Positions 39,156 to 49,091 of a stretch of DNA of 64,000 bases are shown in pieces. Position 1 is the first letter of the stretch. Each line of letters begins with the position of its first letter. Source of the DNA: Anaerolineae bacterium. Its GTDB lineage: Bacteria > Chloroflexota > Anaerolineae > UBA1429. The position numbers were made by a program, and so were the translations under genes. The stretch lies in contig OY776562.1 in NCBI GenBank assembly GCA_963675785.1, positions 192,001 to 256,000 of the forward strand. Direction: 5' to 3'. The notes under the pieces are model-generated. The model was given only the letters and a program-made list of their open reading frames with translations, did no database searches and was not told the DNA's origin.

Positions 39156-39251
39156 CGGGAGTGGATGGGAGTCGAACCCACCAGGGCCGCTTCTGCAGCA
39201 CCCCTCAGCGATTTTGAAGACCGTGGAGCCCACCGGGACCCTACCACCCCC
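39156..39251 (-). tRNA. selC: tRNA-Sec (UCA)
   Basis: 96 nt; 8-bp acceptor GGGGGTGG/CCACTCCC, 6-bp D stem with 4-nt loop, CTTCAAA loop, long variable arm, 5-bp T stem, G discriminator; upstream TTGACA-N16-TATGCT. Confidence 0.92.
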
Positions 39252-39351
39252 ACGAGTTAAGCATAGTCCAGAGCTCGGCTTTGTCAACCAGGCTTTGAAT
39301 GCGCCTACTGATAAGCTACCATAAATTGAATCAACTATTGGATGGAGGCAG

Positions 39352-40827
39352 ATGTTTGACGTTGCGTTGATTCGCAAGGGCCTTTTTAACGAGCGGTGGT
39401 GGGTTCGCGCCCTCTCCATTCTGGCGATTTGCCTGGTGGCGGGTCTGCCTATTGGCATGGTTCTGGGCTTGGCCGATGCTCTTTATGGCACTGCGATTCT
39501 AATCGGATTGCTCTGTGTATTGGCTGTTTTGCGCTATCAGCTTGTCGGGCTTCTTGCTCTTATTGCTGTCATCTGTTTGCTGCCCTTTGCTGCTTTGCCC
39601 TTTGACATTGGCTTCTCACCGACCTTTCTTGACATCGTTTTAATCGCCGTTTTCTTTGTGTGGATTATGCGGCTGGCAACCCGTAAACAGAGCGATTTTA
39701 TCGCCGCTCCTCCGACGGTTGTTGTGGTGATGTTTATGCTGCTGGCTTGCATGTCCTTTGTCGCGGGCCTTTCTCATTCTGCACTGACGACGACGGTGTT
39801 GCGGCATTTTGCCGAGTTGATGCTCAGCGTGTTGGTGTTTGTGTTGGTCATTAACACTGTTCGAGATCGTAAGCAGTTGAATGTTCTGGTAATTGCTCTG
39901 ATGGCTGCCGGCGCATTAGCAGCACTCATCGGCATCGTGCTATATGTGATGCCCGATTATCTGGCTAATCGCATCCTTTCGATGCTCGATGTGGTGCGGT
40001 ATCCCAGTGGCGATGTGTTGCGTTATGTTGAGGATGACACTTCTTTGGCTGAACGAGCCATCTCTACCTCTGTCGATCCCAACGTGTTTGGCGGCATGTT
40101 AGTCATTGTCTCTCTCATCACCACAGCGCAGCTCTTTGCGGTACAACCACTGCTGAAACGTGGCTGGATTGTGGCCATGTTGCTGCCCCTGGTTGTCTGT
40201 CTCATCCTCACCTATTCCCGCGGCTCATTTGTCGGTTATGCTTTTGGAGTATTCCTGCTCGCGGTGCTGCGGTATCCTCGTTTGCTGATCTATGCTGTAG
40301 TCGGCGCAGTGTTCCTGCTTTTACTTCCTCCCGCGCAAGAATATGTGCAGCACTTTATGGAGGGAATCGCCGGCGAGGACTTGGCCACACAGATGCGTTT
40401 TGGCGAGTATATCGATGCAATTGAGGTCATCGGTCGGCAACCTTGGCTGGGTGTTGGCTTTGGCGATACGCCTTACATTGACACCTATTTAGGGGTATCT
40501 TGTGTCTATCTGCTCATTGGTGAAGAGATGGGTATTCCCGGTGTAGCTCTGTTCTTGTTGGCTATGGGATCATTTATGGCCAGTTTTGCCCGTGCCCGGC
40601 GCGTTGTTAAACGAGATTCATCGCTTGAGGCGATCATGTACGGCACTGCGTTGGCCATAGCAGGGGCACTGTTTAGCGGCATATTTGATCACTATTTCTT
40701 TAATGCTGATTTTCCTCATGCCGCTGCCCTGTTCTGGTTTGTCGTAGGCCTTGCCGCTGTCTCTTTTCGCCTCATTGAACAAGAAGCATCTGAGAAGATT
40801 GAAGATAGAGTTGCCCCTGTGGTATAA
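39352..40827 (+). CDS. O-antigen ligase/polymerase-like (Wzy_C) membrane protein
   Basis: Many TM helices; RAISTSVDPNVFGG, LTYSRGSFVG, PWLGVGFG. Confidence 0.8.
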   Translation: MFDVALIRKGLFNERWWVRALSILAICLVAGLPIGMVLGLADALYGTAILIGLLCVLAVLRYQLVGLLALIAVICLLPFAALPFDIGFSPTFLDIVLIAVFFVWIMRLATRKQSDFIAAPPTVVVVMFMLLACMSFVAGLSHSALTTTVLRHFAELMLSVLVFVLVINTVRDRKQLNVLVIALMAAGALAALIGIVLYVMPDYLANRILSMLDVVRYPSGDVLRYVEDDTSLAERAISTSVDPNVFGGMLVIVSLITTAQLFAVQPLLKRGWIVAMLLPLVVCLILTYSRGSFVGYAFGVFLLAVLRYPRLLIYAVVGAVFLLLLPPAQEYVQHFMEGIAGEDLATQMRFGEYIDAIEVIGRQPWLGVGFGDTPYIDTYLGVSCVYLLIGEEMGIPGVALFLLAMGSFMASFARARRVVKRDSSLEAIMYGTALAIAGALFSGIFDHYFFNADFPHAAALFWFVVGLAAVSFRLIEQEASEKIEDRVAPVV

Positions 40828-40866
40828 TCTCTAGGCAAGTAACTCCGATACAATCAGGGGAAGCTA

Positions 40867-41202
40867 ATGAATATTACAGTAACGAAACTCAAGAGATGTG
40901 ATCTCCTCAAGCTTGAAGGCCGTTTTGACAGCAATACGGCGCCAGAACTTGATCAAGCAATGAATGACTCGATGGACGATGGTGTATTCCGCATCGTTCT
41001 GGACATGCAGGATGTCGAATACTTTGGCAGTGCTGCTATTCGCGCTCTTGTAAATGCTTACAAATCCTGCCGAGAGACAACCGGCGGGGATGTGCGGTTG
41101 GCTGCGGTCCCCGACCGCATCATGCATGTCCTTGAATTGGCGGGAATTGCGCCGTTGGTAGAGATATTTGAAACTCCAACTCTTGCCGTAGGCTCTTTCT
41201 AG
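40867..41202 (+). CDS. STAS anti-sigma factor antagonist (RsbV-like)
   Basis: GRFDSNTAPEL...IVLDMQDVEYFGSAAIRAL...GGDVRL. Confidence 0.9.
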   Translation: MNITVTKLKRCDLLKLEGRFDSNTAPELDQAMNDSMDDGVFRIVLDMQDVEYFGSAAIRALVNAYKSCRETTGGDVRLAAVPDRIMHVLELAGIAPLVEIFETPTLAVGSF

Positions 41203-41274
41203 ATCGTTCGTATGGTCTTTACCGCCTCATCATGATAGTGCATGATGGGGCGGTCTACTTTTGGGAGTAGTGCA

Positions 41275-41718
41275 ATGGCTGTTGAATACGAACTTTGCGT
41301 CAAGAGCAGCACCCAGAATCTTGCAGCTATAGCAGAGTTTGTTGCTGAGCGGGCTCGTGAAGCAGGGCTGGATGATGACAGCATCTTTGATATTCAGATA
41401 GCTGTCGATGAAGCGTGTACGAACACTATTGAGCATGCTTATGCTACCCGATCGGATCAAACCTTGCGCGTGTGCTGTTCTGTCCAGGATCAAGAGTTCG
41501 TTATCCGGATAACGGACTATGGCACGCCGTTTGATCCTGATTCCATCCCCGAGCCTGATCTTGAAGCGCCTATGGAGGAACGTTCTATAGGCGGGTTGGG
41601 CGTGTTTTTCATGCGACGCCTGATGGACAGCGTCGAGTTTAGCACGCATGCGTATCGGGGTAATCAGGTTGTTATGCGCAAACGATTCGTACCCAACGAT
41701 GTTGATTCAACTCAGTAG
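41275..41718 (+). CDS. Anti-sigma factor Ser kinase (RsbW-like)
   Basis: AVDEACTNTIEHAY, ITDYGTPFDP, GGLGVFFMRRLMD. Confidence 0.9.
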   Translation: MAVEYELCVKSSTQNLAAIAEFVAERAREAGLDDDSIFDIQIAVDEACTNTIEHAYATRSDQTLRVCCSVQDQEFVIRITDYGTPFDPDSIPEPDLEAPMEERSIGGLGVFFMRRLMDSVEFSTHAYRGNQVVMRKRFVPNDVDSTQ

Positions 41719-41736
41719 CCTATCTGGCTGCATGGC

Positions 41737-44700
41737 ATGGCGTTTTTGAACATGCCGCGAGATGCCACGGAGAGAAAAGTGCGATACACTGGCGATTCAT
41801 CCGGCGCTGATAGCCACCACTGGGCAGGGCTGAGCTACAGGTTAATAGTGGGCGCTACGGGATGGTGTTTGCTGTTGTATTTTGCCCTGACTATGGAATC
41901 TGGAATCAACTGGATTTCGGTGAGCTCTCTTTTTTTGCTTTCGCTGGGCATTAAGCGTTTGGGCGTCAAGGTTACATCCCAAGTTACCCACAGTCTGGTT
42001 GGCATGGTCGATCTGGCTGCGCTGATCTCTCTGGGTCCTGTGCAAGGGGGATTCGTTGCCGGTCTTAGCAGCTCCCTCTGTCTTTTGCTGGCGGATGAAC
42101 CAGTTTGTGATCACAGTTCTGGGGAGCTTGTTGTTTCCACACTTTTTTCAGGTGGGCTAAACATCCTAATGACTTTTGCCAGTGCCCAGGTTTATGCATG
42201 GCTAGGAGGTTCGATCGCTCCTTCTGTCATCGATGGTTCATTGCTTTTCCCCGCTCTTGGTGCATCGGCTGCCTGGTTCACTCTGGATCACATGGGCTGG
42301 TGTTTTTGTGAATTGTTCTCTTCAGGTACTCAAGCGACACGCCTCTTTTTACGAATCGTGCTTCCCTATTCACTGCTTATAGAATTCCTGCCGCTTCCTT
42401 TTGCCCTGGTTATCGTCTCTGGTGTACAGGCAGGCGGCATTCTTTTTGTGCTAATTTCATTGCTTGTCCTCGGCTTTGGCGCGGTCATTCGTGAATTATG
42501 GGCAGGTCTCGTGCGCTCCAGGCGGCATGTCAAAGAGCTCTCTGCCATCTCTTCATTAGGCGCCTCAATGCTCAAGGCACGTTTAGCTGTATCCGAGGTT
42601 TGCCTGTTGGTTTTCGAGCATTGCAAGCAGATTGTGGATACCCCCGTTTTTGTCATGCAGCTTGTCAATCCAGATTCTGACGATTTGGAGACACCCTTTT
42701 TTGCTGTGGCCGGTCGAGCTATCTCGGGCGAGGGAATGGATCTGGGACGTGGTGCCTTTGATATGATTAGCACCAAACTGCAGCCAGTTCTATATTCAGC
42801 GGCCGCTGGCCCAGGGTTAGTTCCGCTTCGCCTTGGCAAAGTCACTGCGAGCGCTTTGTACATCCCAATCATTCTCGATGGCATTTTGATGGGCGTCATC
42901 TCTTTACAAAGTCCTGAGGAAGGTGCTTATCGCAACGCTGATTTGGACGCACTTCAACTTTTGGCATCTCAGGCGGCCTTGGGCTTGCATTCGGCCCAAC
43001 TTTACGAGCATCAGCAAACTAGATCGGCTCAGCTTGTGGCCATTGCTCAGGTCAGCAGAAAAGTGGCGGCAATTCAGAATCTTGGCACGCTCTTTCAAGA
43101 CACCGTTCGTCTGATTGCGGACACATTCTCTTATTACCATGTCTCTATTTTGACGGCTGATGGAACAGCAAAGACCATCGAGTTCCAGGCTGCATCCAAT
43201 CCCTATATTCAGCGTCGCGGGCTTGCTGTTCTATGGGGGCGGGGCATTATGGGGTGTACGGCGGCTCAAGGAGAGACGATTCTTGCAAATGACGTTCGTC
43301 GCGAGAATCGTTTTCTTCCTGATAGCGCTTTGCCAGAGACGCGTTCCGAACTTGCTGTTCCCTTGAGAATTGAGGATCGTATTGTCGGCGTGCTTGATGC
43401 TCAGAGCAATGAGCTTGATGCCTTTACTGAAAATGATGTATTTGTTCTACAAACGTTAGCCGATCAGGTTGCAATCGCCATCGAAGATCGACGTTTGTAC
43501 GAGTCGCAGCGCGAACAGGCTTGGTCGACCATGGTGTTACAGCAGGTTACTGAGGCTGTTGGTCAATTGAATGATCCGACGGCTGTTTTGGACGCAGTCG
43601 CAGTGCTTGCTGTTCGGCTGGCTGGCTTTGGTCAATCTGTGGTCTATCTCTGGGATGATCAGAGGGATAGCTTTGTCATCGGGGCACTGTACGGTTGGGG
43701 GAGTAAGCTTGATCAACTTTACCAAGCGCAGCAGGCTGTAGATGAAAATGCCGCTTTGTTGGCTAGAACGCGCCAACACGGTGAATTAGCACTCTCTATA
43801 TCGTTAGGGCTGGATATGCCAGAACCACTGTCTCGTTTGGACATAGGGCAGAACGTTCTATTGCTACCAGTGGGATCGCAAGGTCGTGTAGATGGTGTAT
43901 TGGCTTTGTCTGGCCGCGGTCAAAGCCCTATTTTGCCGCGCCGCCGCACTTTGGCCGCAGATATTGCCAACCAGTGTGCTTTGGGTCTCGATAGCGCCCG
44001 GCTCTATTCATCACAGCAGGCAGATGCTTGGATATCGGCTGCTTTGCTTCAGGTGGCGGGTGTGCTAGGGGCGACCAATGATATCGACCAGGCATTGGAG
44101 CGAGTTGCGCGTGCCACAGTCCTTTTTTCAGGTGTATCCTGGTGTGGAATATTACAGTGGGATGCTGGAGCGAATCGATTTTCGCACTGCAGGGCTTTTG
44201 GTGCTATCTCTGGGCGTGCCCTCGACCATGCCAATCGCCTGGTATCCACTTCTGATGATGCAGCGCTAGATCCACTCATGGCTGGTGATGTTTTTGCTGT
44301 CAAAGCACCAGAGATTGGACATGCACTGGATGCAAATACGGCTATGGTTATTCCCTTGCGTGTACGCTCCAGGCTGTTGGGTGCGCTTGTAGTTGGTCAT
44401 GCTGCTGCTATTCCTCCTGTGGGGGCTCGGATCGCCGTCTTGCAGGGTGTTGCTGTTCAGGTGGCATCAGCCATGGAATCGGCTGAATTGTATCAAAGCA
44501 CCCTTCGTCAACAACGGTTAGAGCGTGAAATTGAGGTTGCCAGGGAAATTCAAGAGAGCTTTTTGCCCCATGCTTTCCCACAGATTGCTGGCTGGCAGAT
44601 CGCGGCCAAGTGGCGTGCGGCCAGAGGGGTGGGGGGTGACTTTTACGACTTTATCCATCTCGCTCCCAATCGCCTAGGCATCGTCATTGCGGATGTATCA

Positions 44701-45255
44701 GACAAGGGTGTTGCGGCAGCTTTGTATATGGCACTATCTCGCACAATCATCCGGGCTGCTGCCCAGGGTGCGCATTCTCCGGCTGAGACGTTGCGCCTGG
44801 CCAATCATCTTCTTGCTGACGAGAATGACACCGGCATGTTTGTGAGCCTTTTCTATGGCGTGTTGGATACGGATTCGGGGGTGTTCAAGTTTGCCCGTGC
44901 CGGTCACAATCCACCTTATGTGTGGCATGGTGCCGATTCGACCATCTCAGAGCTCTGCCCAAGGGGTGTTGTATTGGGCATAGTTGATGATCCTGTTTTT
45001 GAGGAAGATGCTATTGCTTTAGGGGCAAATGATACTGTACTTTTCTACACAGACGGCGTCATCGACGCGATCAATCTTTCGCAGCAAGATTTTGGTGAAG
45101 ATAGACTCAAATGGACGTTGGGTGAAACATCTGCTGCAGAATCGGCCAAGGAGTTAGCCCAACGTGTGGATAATTCGGTACAAGGTTTTTCTGCCGGAGC
45201 CGAGGTCTTTGATGACTTTACGTTGGTGGTTCTAAAGCGACTTGGGAGCAAATAA
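41737..45255 (+). CDS. Membrane sensor with multiple GAF domains and a SpoIIE/PP2C phosphatase (RsbU-like)
   Basis: N-terminal TM helices, about 4 GAF repeats, AREIQESFLP, VGGDFYD, IADVSDKG, RAGHNPP, FYTDG, DDFTL; start codon uncertain. Confidence 0.9.
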   Translation: MAFLNMPRDATERKVRYTGDSSGADSHHWAGLSYRLIVGATGWCLLLYFALTMESGINWISVSSLFLLSLGIKRLGVKVTSQVTHSLVGMVDLAALISLGPVQGGFVAGLSSSLCLLLADEPVCDHSSGELVVSTLFSGGLNILMTFASAQVYAWLGGSIAPSVIDGSLLFPALGASAAWFTLDHMGWCFCELFSSGTQATRLFLRIVLPYSLLIEFLPLPFALVIVSGVQAGGILFVLISLLVLGFGAVIRELWAGLVRSRRHVKELSAISSLGASMLKARLAVSEVCLLVFEHCKQIVDTPVFVMQLVNPDSDDLETPFFAVAGRAISGEGMDLGRGAFDMISTKLQPVLYSAAAGPGLVPLRLGKVTASALYIPIILDGILMGVISLQSPEEGAYRNADLDALQLLASQAALGLHSAQLYEHQQTRSAQLVAIAQVSRKVAAIQNLGTLFQDTVRLIADTFSYYHVSILTADGTAKTIEFQAASNPYIQRRGLAVLWGRGIMGCTAAQGETILANDVRRENRFLPDSALPETRSELAVPLRIEDRIVGVLDAQSNELDAFTENDVFVLQTLADQVAIAIEDRRLYESQREQAWSTMVLQQVTEAVGQLNDPTAVLDAVAVLAVRLAGFGQSVVYLWDDQRDSFVIGALYGWGSKLDQLYQAQQAVDENAALLARTRQHGELALSISLGLDMPEPLSRLDIGQNVLLLPVGSQGRVDGVLALSGRGQSPILPRRRTLAADIANQCALGLDSARLYSSQQADAWISAALLQVAGVLGATNDIDQALERVARATVLFSGVSWCGILQWDAGANRFSHCRAFGAISGRALDHANRLVSTSDDAALDPLMAGDVFAVKAPEIGHALDANTAMVIPLRVRSRLLGALVVGHAAAIPPVGARIAVLQGVAVQVASAMESAELYQSTLRQQRLEREIEVAREIQESFLPHAFPQIAGWQIAAKWRAARGVGGDFYDFIHLAPNRLGIVIADVSDKGVAAALYMALSRTIIRAAAQGAHSPAETLRLANHLLADENDTGMFVSLFYGVLDTDSGVFKFARAGHNPPYVWHGADSTISELCPRGVVLGIVDDPVFEEDAIALGANDTVLFYTDGVIDAINLSQQDFGEDRLKWTLGETSAAESAKELAQRVDNSVQGFSAGAEVFDDFTLVVLKRLGSK

Positions 45256-45276
45256 ATGTTGTGATGGGCAAATAAA

Positions 45277-45304
45277 AGAGGGGAGACGATATCGTCTCCC
45301 CTCT
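45277..45304. terminator. Perfect 28-bp palindrome, bidirectional terminator
   Basis: AGAGGGGAGACGAT|ATCGTCTCCCCTCT between convergent genes. Confidence 0.8.
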
Positions 45305-45317
45305 AGTTTTATAGAGC

Positions 45318-46781
45318 CTATTTGTTCACGCCGTTGTATTCAGAATAGTTGTCGCCATAGTTTACACCATAGCTGGCATCTGTATCAGCACGGACCGAGT
45401 TGTTGGCCACACCGACGATGAGGTCTCCCTCGTCAGCGGTGACGACGACTGAACCGTTCCACTGCAGATACGGATCCGAGCCGGATACGGCGACATTCGG
45501 GGCGTACCACTGCACGCTGGCGCCCGAGGCAATGGTGGCGCTCACGGTAACGTCAGAATACCCCGAGGCTGAGAAGGTTGCGGTAACTGTTGCAGCGCTG
45601 CTGCCGACGTTCTGAATTTGGATACCACCACAATAACCATAGTAACGACTGGCTACCTGGCTAAAGAACACGGTATCGGTGGCTTCGCCTTCGAGGAAGG
45701 CATTGTACGTGGCGCCACGGCCTTCACTATTGGCAAGAGAACCAACGTAACCACGATAATCGATGTTGACCGTTGCCACGATAGGCTGGCCGCTAGATTC
45801 GACGACGGCAGAGCCGCTGCCCATCACGCCTGCAAGCTCGGCAACGTTAGCCAAAAAGAGTACGGCTGAAGCGCTGGGCTGAACATTCGCGACGGTCTGC
45901 ACATACTCTGACCCACCAAAGTTATAGGTGATGGTCAGGTTGGTGGCCGAAGTACCGACGTTCTGTACAGTCAAACCGCCCTCAAAGCCATAGTAGTTGC
46001 GGGCGATACGAGGCACATAGGCCGTAGTGGCACCAGAGGTAAAGGCGTTATAGCTCAAGAAAGCAGCTGTATCGGCTGTTGAACCTTCATTGAACAAGTT
46101 GGCGATACCGGCCAGTGGCTGGCTCGATGAAACGACAGCTGAACCCACCCAATTGCTAGCAAGGGCGCTGTTTTCGGCTTGACGGAAGATGTAGGTCGAA
46201 TAGGCGCTTACGTTCACTGTTTGCGCAGCAGCAGTTACTTCAGCACCATTGGACTTGGAGTAGTAGCGGATTGTAACGCTGGCTCCAGTACCAGAGGTGT
46301 TCTGTACAGCGACGTACGAGTTCCAGTTATAATAAGCCTTTTCAACCTGTGGAAAGTAGAGGGTGGTTGCCGGATCGAGCACACCAATGGACGTACCGAT
46401 ACGGTTAGGATCACTGGGCGATCCACCATGCGTCGTAGGTACCTGAGTGTTAACGTTGGCGGCTACAGGCACGTCCGAGGTAACGACGGCAGAACCGACA
46501 AAGTCATCGGGCAGATCAGTAACGGCCGACGGAATATACCAGGTTTGTGCTTTGCCAGCCTGGATCGTTGCTGTCACTGTGGCAGCTACCTGGCCAGCAA
46601 GGGTCTCGCCCTCAGCCCAGTAAAAAGTAATGGTGACATTGGCAGCCTCTGAATCACTCAGGTTCTGGATGGTGATACCAGAAACCCATGTGCCAGACTG
46701 GGCACTCATCGTTGCGCCAAATGCCAGTGCAATCACCAGCAAGAGGCTAACGAACAGGGTAATTTGCTTGGTGTGCTTCAT
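45318..46781 (-). CDS. Secreted S/T/A-rich protein with four ~110-aa beta-rich repeats (surface or S-layer-like)
   Basis: Signal peptide; four units of QN...VTI.(F/Y)...GS(A/V)VV...N; GAGGAG RBS. Confidence 0.75.
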   Translation of the reverse strand: MKHTKQITLFVSLLLVIALAFGATMSAQSGTWVSGITIQNLSDSEAANVTITFYWAEGETLAGQVAATVTATIQAGKAQTWYIPSAVTDLPDDFVGSAVVTSDVPVAANVNTQVPTTHGGSPSDPNRIGTSIGVLDPATTLYFPQVEKAYYNWNSYVAVQNTSGTGASVTIRYYSKSNGAEVTAAAQTVNVSAYSTYIFRQAENSALASNWVGSAVVSSSQPLAGIANLFNEGSTADTAAFLSYNAFTSGATTAYVPRIARNYYGFEGGLTVQNVGTSATNLTITYNFGGSEYVQTVANVQPSASAVLFLANVAELAGVMGSGSAVVESSGQPIVATVNIDYRGYVGSLANSEGRGATYNAFLEGEATDTVFFSQVASRYYGYCGGIQIQNVGSSAATVTATFSASGYSDVTVSATIASGASVQWYAPNVAVSGSDPYLQWNGSVVVTADEGDLIVGVANNSVRADTDASYGVNYGDNYSEYNGVNK

Positions 46782-46915
46782 ACCGCGCTCCTCTTGTAAT
46801 AAAAATGGAACCCAACTGTATTTAGGATAACATTTGAATTGAATGGGAACAATTGCCCGATAGGGTTAATTGGGCAACAAGTTGCTAAAGGCCTTCAAAA
46901 AAGAGAGTGTTTGGG

Positions 46916-47968
46916 CTAATCCTTTCGGGTGATTCGCACTAAATCCCCTGCCAGACGTTTGCCCATCAATGAGACGGTCGCCATGGCAATCAGATCTGCT
47001 AGGATCATGACGAGGCGTGAAGCGACAGCTGCGGCTGAGGCTATGGCTGTTGGCACAATGCTGCCCAACGTCGCAGCAAGAACGGCTTCGCGTACCCCTA
47101 ATCCCGCTGGGGCAAAAGGAGTAAAGCCTCCTACAGTTATTGAGAGAGGCAACGATACAGCGGCAAGCAGCCATTCGGGCGTTGTGAGATTTTGGAATGA
47201 CTGAACTAGAAAAGCATTTGCTGCTGAATTGACTGCCCAGGTGAGGGTCATGGCGATGCAGGTGAGCCAATAGCGTTTACGGCTAACAATGGGAAGCCAG
47301 CTGCTCAAACGCCGATTTGAACGCACGAAACCAAGGCGAGATATATATGGAATTGCAATGATAGCTACTAGCGCTAGTGAGGCAAGGGTAATGATAATCC
47401 ACTCGGGGATTCCGAGGGCTTCCGTTAGGATGCTCGTTGGCACCAAGGCGGCAGAAAGAAGCAGAGCGGTCAGGGTTTTGGTAGCAAGATCGAGCACTGT
47501 GGCAGAGCTTACCATTTTGAGATCAGGGCCTGTGCGTGAGGTCAGATAGGCGCGTCCTGCGACTTGCCAGGCACTGCCGGGTATGTATTTGCCTAATACT
47601 GCCATGGTATTGATCCAGATGGATGGGCCCAGTGGGCATTCTTGATTCATGCTCTTGAGGATCATGTGCCAAAGGACGCCCCCCAGCAGATTGCCAATGG
47701 TAAAGAGAATAAGAGCGACAGCCGCAAACTCCCACCGAAGGTCTTCAACCCAGGATAGATCTCGAAGAAGGGGAGCCATATTGCGACCAAGATAGTAAAG
47801 TGACAGGCCGATAATGATAATTCCGGCGACAATTGAGAGGCTTTTATGCCAGCTGTTTTTACATAGTCCCTGTTTTAAGTCGCTCCAGGTAGCATTCGTT
47901 GAATCTGTCTGATCGAAAAGGGTGTTCTTTGATTGCAAAGAGTTGTGCAACCACTTTTGGATTTTCAT
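46916..47968 (-). CDS. Lysylphosphatidylglycerol-synthase-TM / flippase-like membrane protein
   Basis: LGKYIPGSAW and PAGLGVREA motifs; multiple TM helices. Confidence 0.8.
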   Translation of the reverse strand: MKIQKWLHNSLQSKNTLFDQTDSTNATWSDLKQGLCKNSWHKSLSIVAGIIIIGLSLYYLGRNMAPLLRDLSWVEDLRWEFAAVALILFTIGNLLGGVLWHMILKSMNQECPLGPSIWINTMAVLGKYIPGSAWQVAGRAYLTSRTGPDLKMVSSATVLDLATKTLTALLLSAALVPTSILTEALGIPEWIIITLASLALVAIIAIPYISRLGFVRSNRRLSSWLPIVSRKRYWLTCIAMTLTWAVNSAANAFLVQSFQNLTTPEWLLAAVSLPLSITVGGFTPFAPAGLGVREAVLAATLGSIVPTAIASAAAVASRLVMILADLIAMATVSLMGKRLAGDLVRITRKD

Positions 47969-49089
47969 GATTTTGCGATGCGTTCGTACAGTGCCAGAGT
48001 CGTCATGGCAGCCTTTGTTCTAGAAAAATTCGGGGCGATTTCTAGCCCACGTATCGAACGACTTGCGCGTTCTTGCGGATCAGTGATCACTGCTCGGATT
48101 TGCTGTGCCAGCTCACTGCTGCTGTGCGGATTTTCGATATACTGGGCTGCGTCTCCCATCAACTGTTCAACGGCACCAACTCGTGTCGAGATAACGGGAG
48201 CGCCACAAGCGGCCGCTTCCAGAGGTACCAGGCCGAATCCTTCATGTACAGAGATGAAGCAAAAGCATTCTGCACCGGTGTACAAAGCTGGCAAGTCCTT
48301 TTGCGGGACGGCACCAGTCAAAATAACCTGCCCGATTCCCTTGTTTTCCTCCAGAACCTGATCAAGTTCGGCATCGCCCTCTTTCCAATAGCGACGGCCC
48401 ACAAGGACAAGTGCCCCTGTGTAATCCCCTTCTTTTATCAGTCTGAAATAGGAGCGTGCCAACGTAGCAAGGTTCTTCTTGGCTGAAATACTACCCACAT
48501 GCAGGATATAGCGTTTGGGCAAGTTATACTGCTCGCGTACTTTTTGAACAAGAGGTACAGCAACAGGAGCAAAGACATCGCCGATGCCTTCGGGGATAAC
48601 AGCGATTCTACTGGGTGACAACTTGAAGAATTTGACCAGGTCGTTCGCAGTAAGCTGAGATACAGCGATAACGTGGCTGGCCGAGCGTACAGCCGATCTT
48701 TCAATCGTTTTCCAGTAAAGCACATCCATCCTGGGATAGATTTCCGGATGTTCCAGGATGGTTAGGTCATGAATGGTGACGATAGATGGACAGGGTGAGA
48801 AGCGGGTCATTAGGTTTTTGGTGTGATGGATGACACTGACCTTTTCTCGCTTTAGAAAGTATGGCCATGTGGACTGTGCCCACACCCTTGACTTGATGCG
48901 GCTTGCAGTAGGCGCGATGATCTGCCTGGTATTGCCTTGGTTGTTATCAAGTGAAGGTTCGGGCTGATCCAGAAAGATGAGGTACTCGTTTTGCTGATCA
49001 ATTTTGATAAGCGGTTCGAGCAAGTTTAGTGTGGCAGAGCGACCGCCTCCCGGATAGCTTATACCCAGGGCATCGATGGCAATGCGCAT
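47965..49089 (-). CDS. Glycosyltransferase family 4
   Basis: IVTIHDL, VGSISAKKN, EGFGLVPLEAAACGAPVI. Confidence 0.9.
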   Translation of the reverse strand: MRIAIDALGISYPGGGRSATLNLLEPLIKIDQQNEYLIFLDQPEPSLDNNQGNTRQIIAPTASRIKSRVWAQSTWPYFLKREKVSVIHHTKNLMTRFSPCPSIVTIHDLTILEHPEIYPRMDVLYWKTIERSAVRSASHVIAVSQLTANDLVKFFKLSPSRIAVIPEGIGDVFAPVAVPLVQKVREQYNLPKRYILHVGSISAKKNLATLARSYFRLIKEGDYTGALVLVGRRYWKEGDAELDQVLEENKGIGQVILTGAVPQKDLPALYTGAECFCFISVHEGFGLVPLEAAACGAPVISTRVGAVEQLMGDAAQYIENPHSSSELAQQIRAVITDPQERASRSIRGLEIAPNFSRTKAAMTTLALYERIAKS

Positions 49090-49091
49090 GG

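Noticed and set aside
36080-39251. Integrated element at the tRNA genes or selC
   Set aside because: No integrase and no duplicated tRNA 3' ends were seen
45277-45304. Perfect palindromes here and at 55134-55157 as REP/MITE repeats or operators
   Set aside because: Unrelated sequences, single copy, located at gene 3' ends with A/T tracts; best explained as terminators
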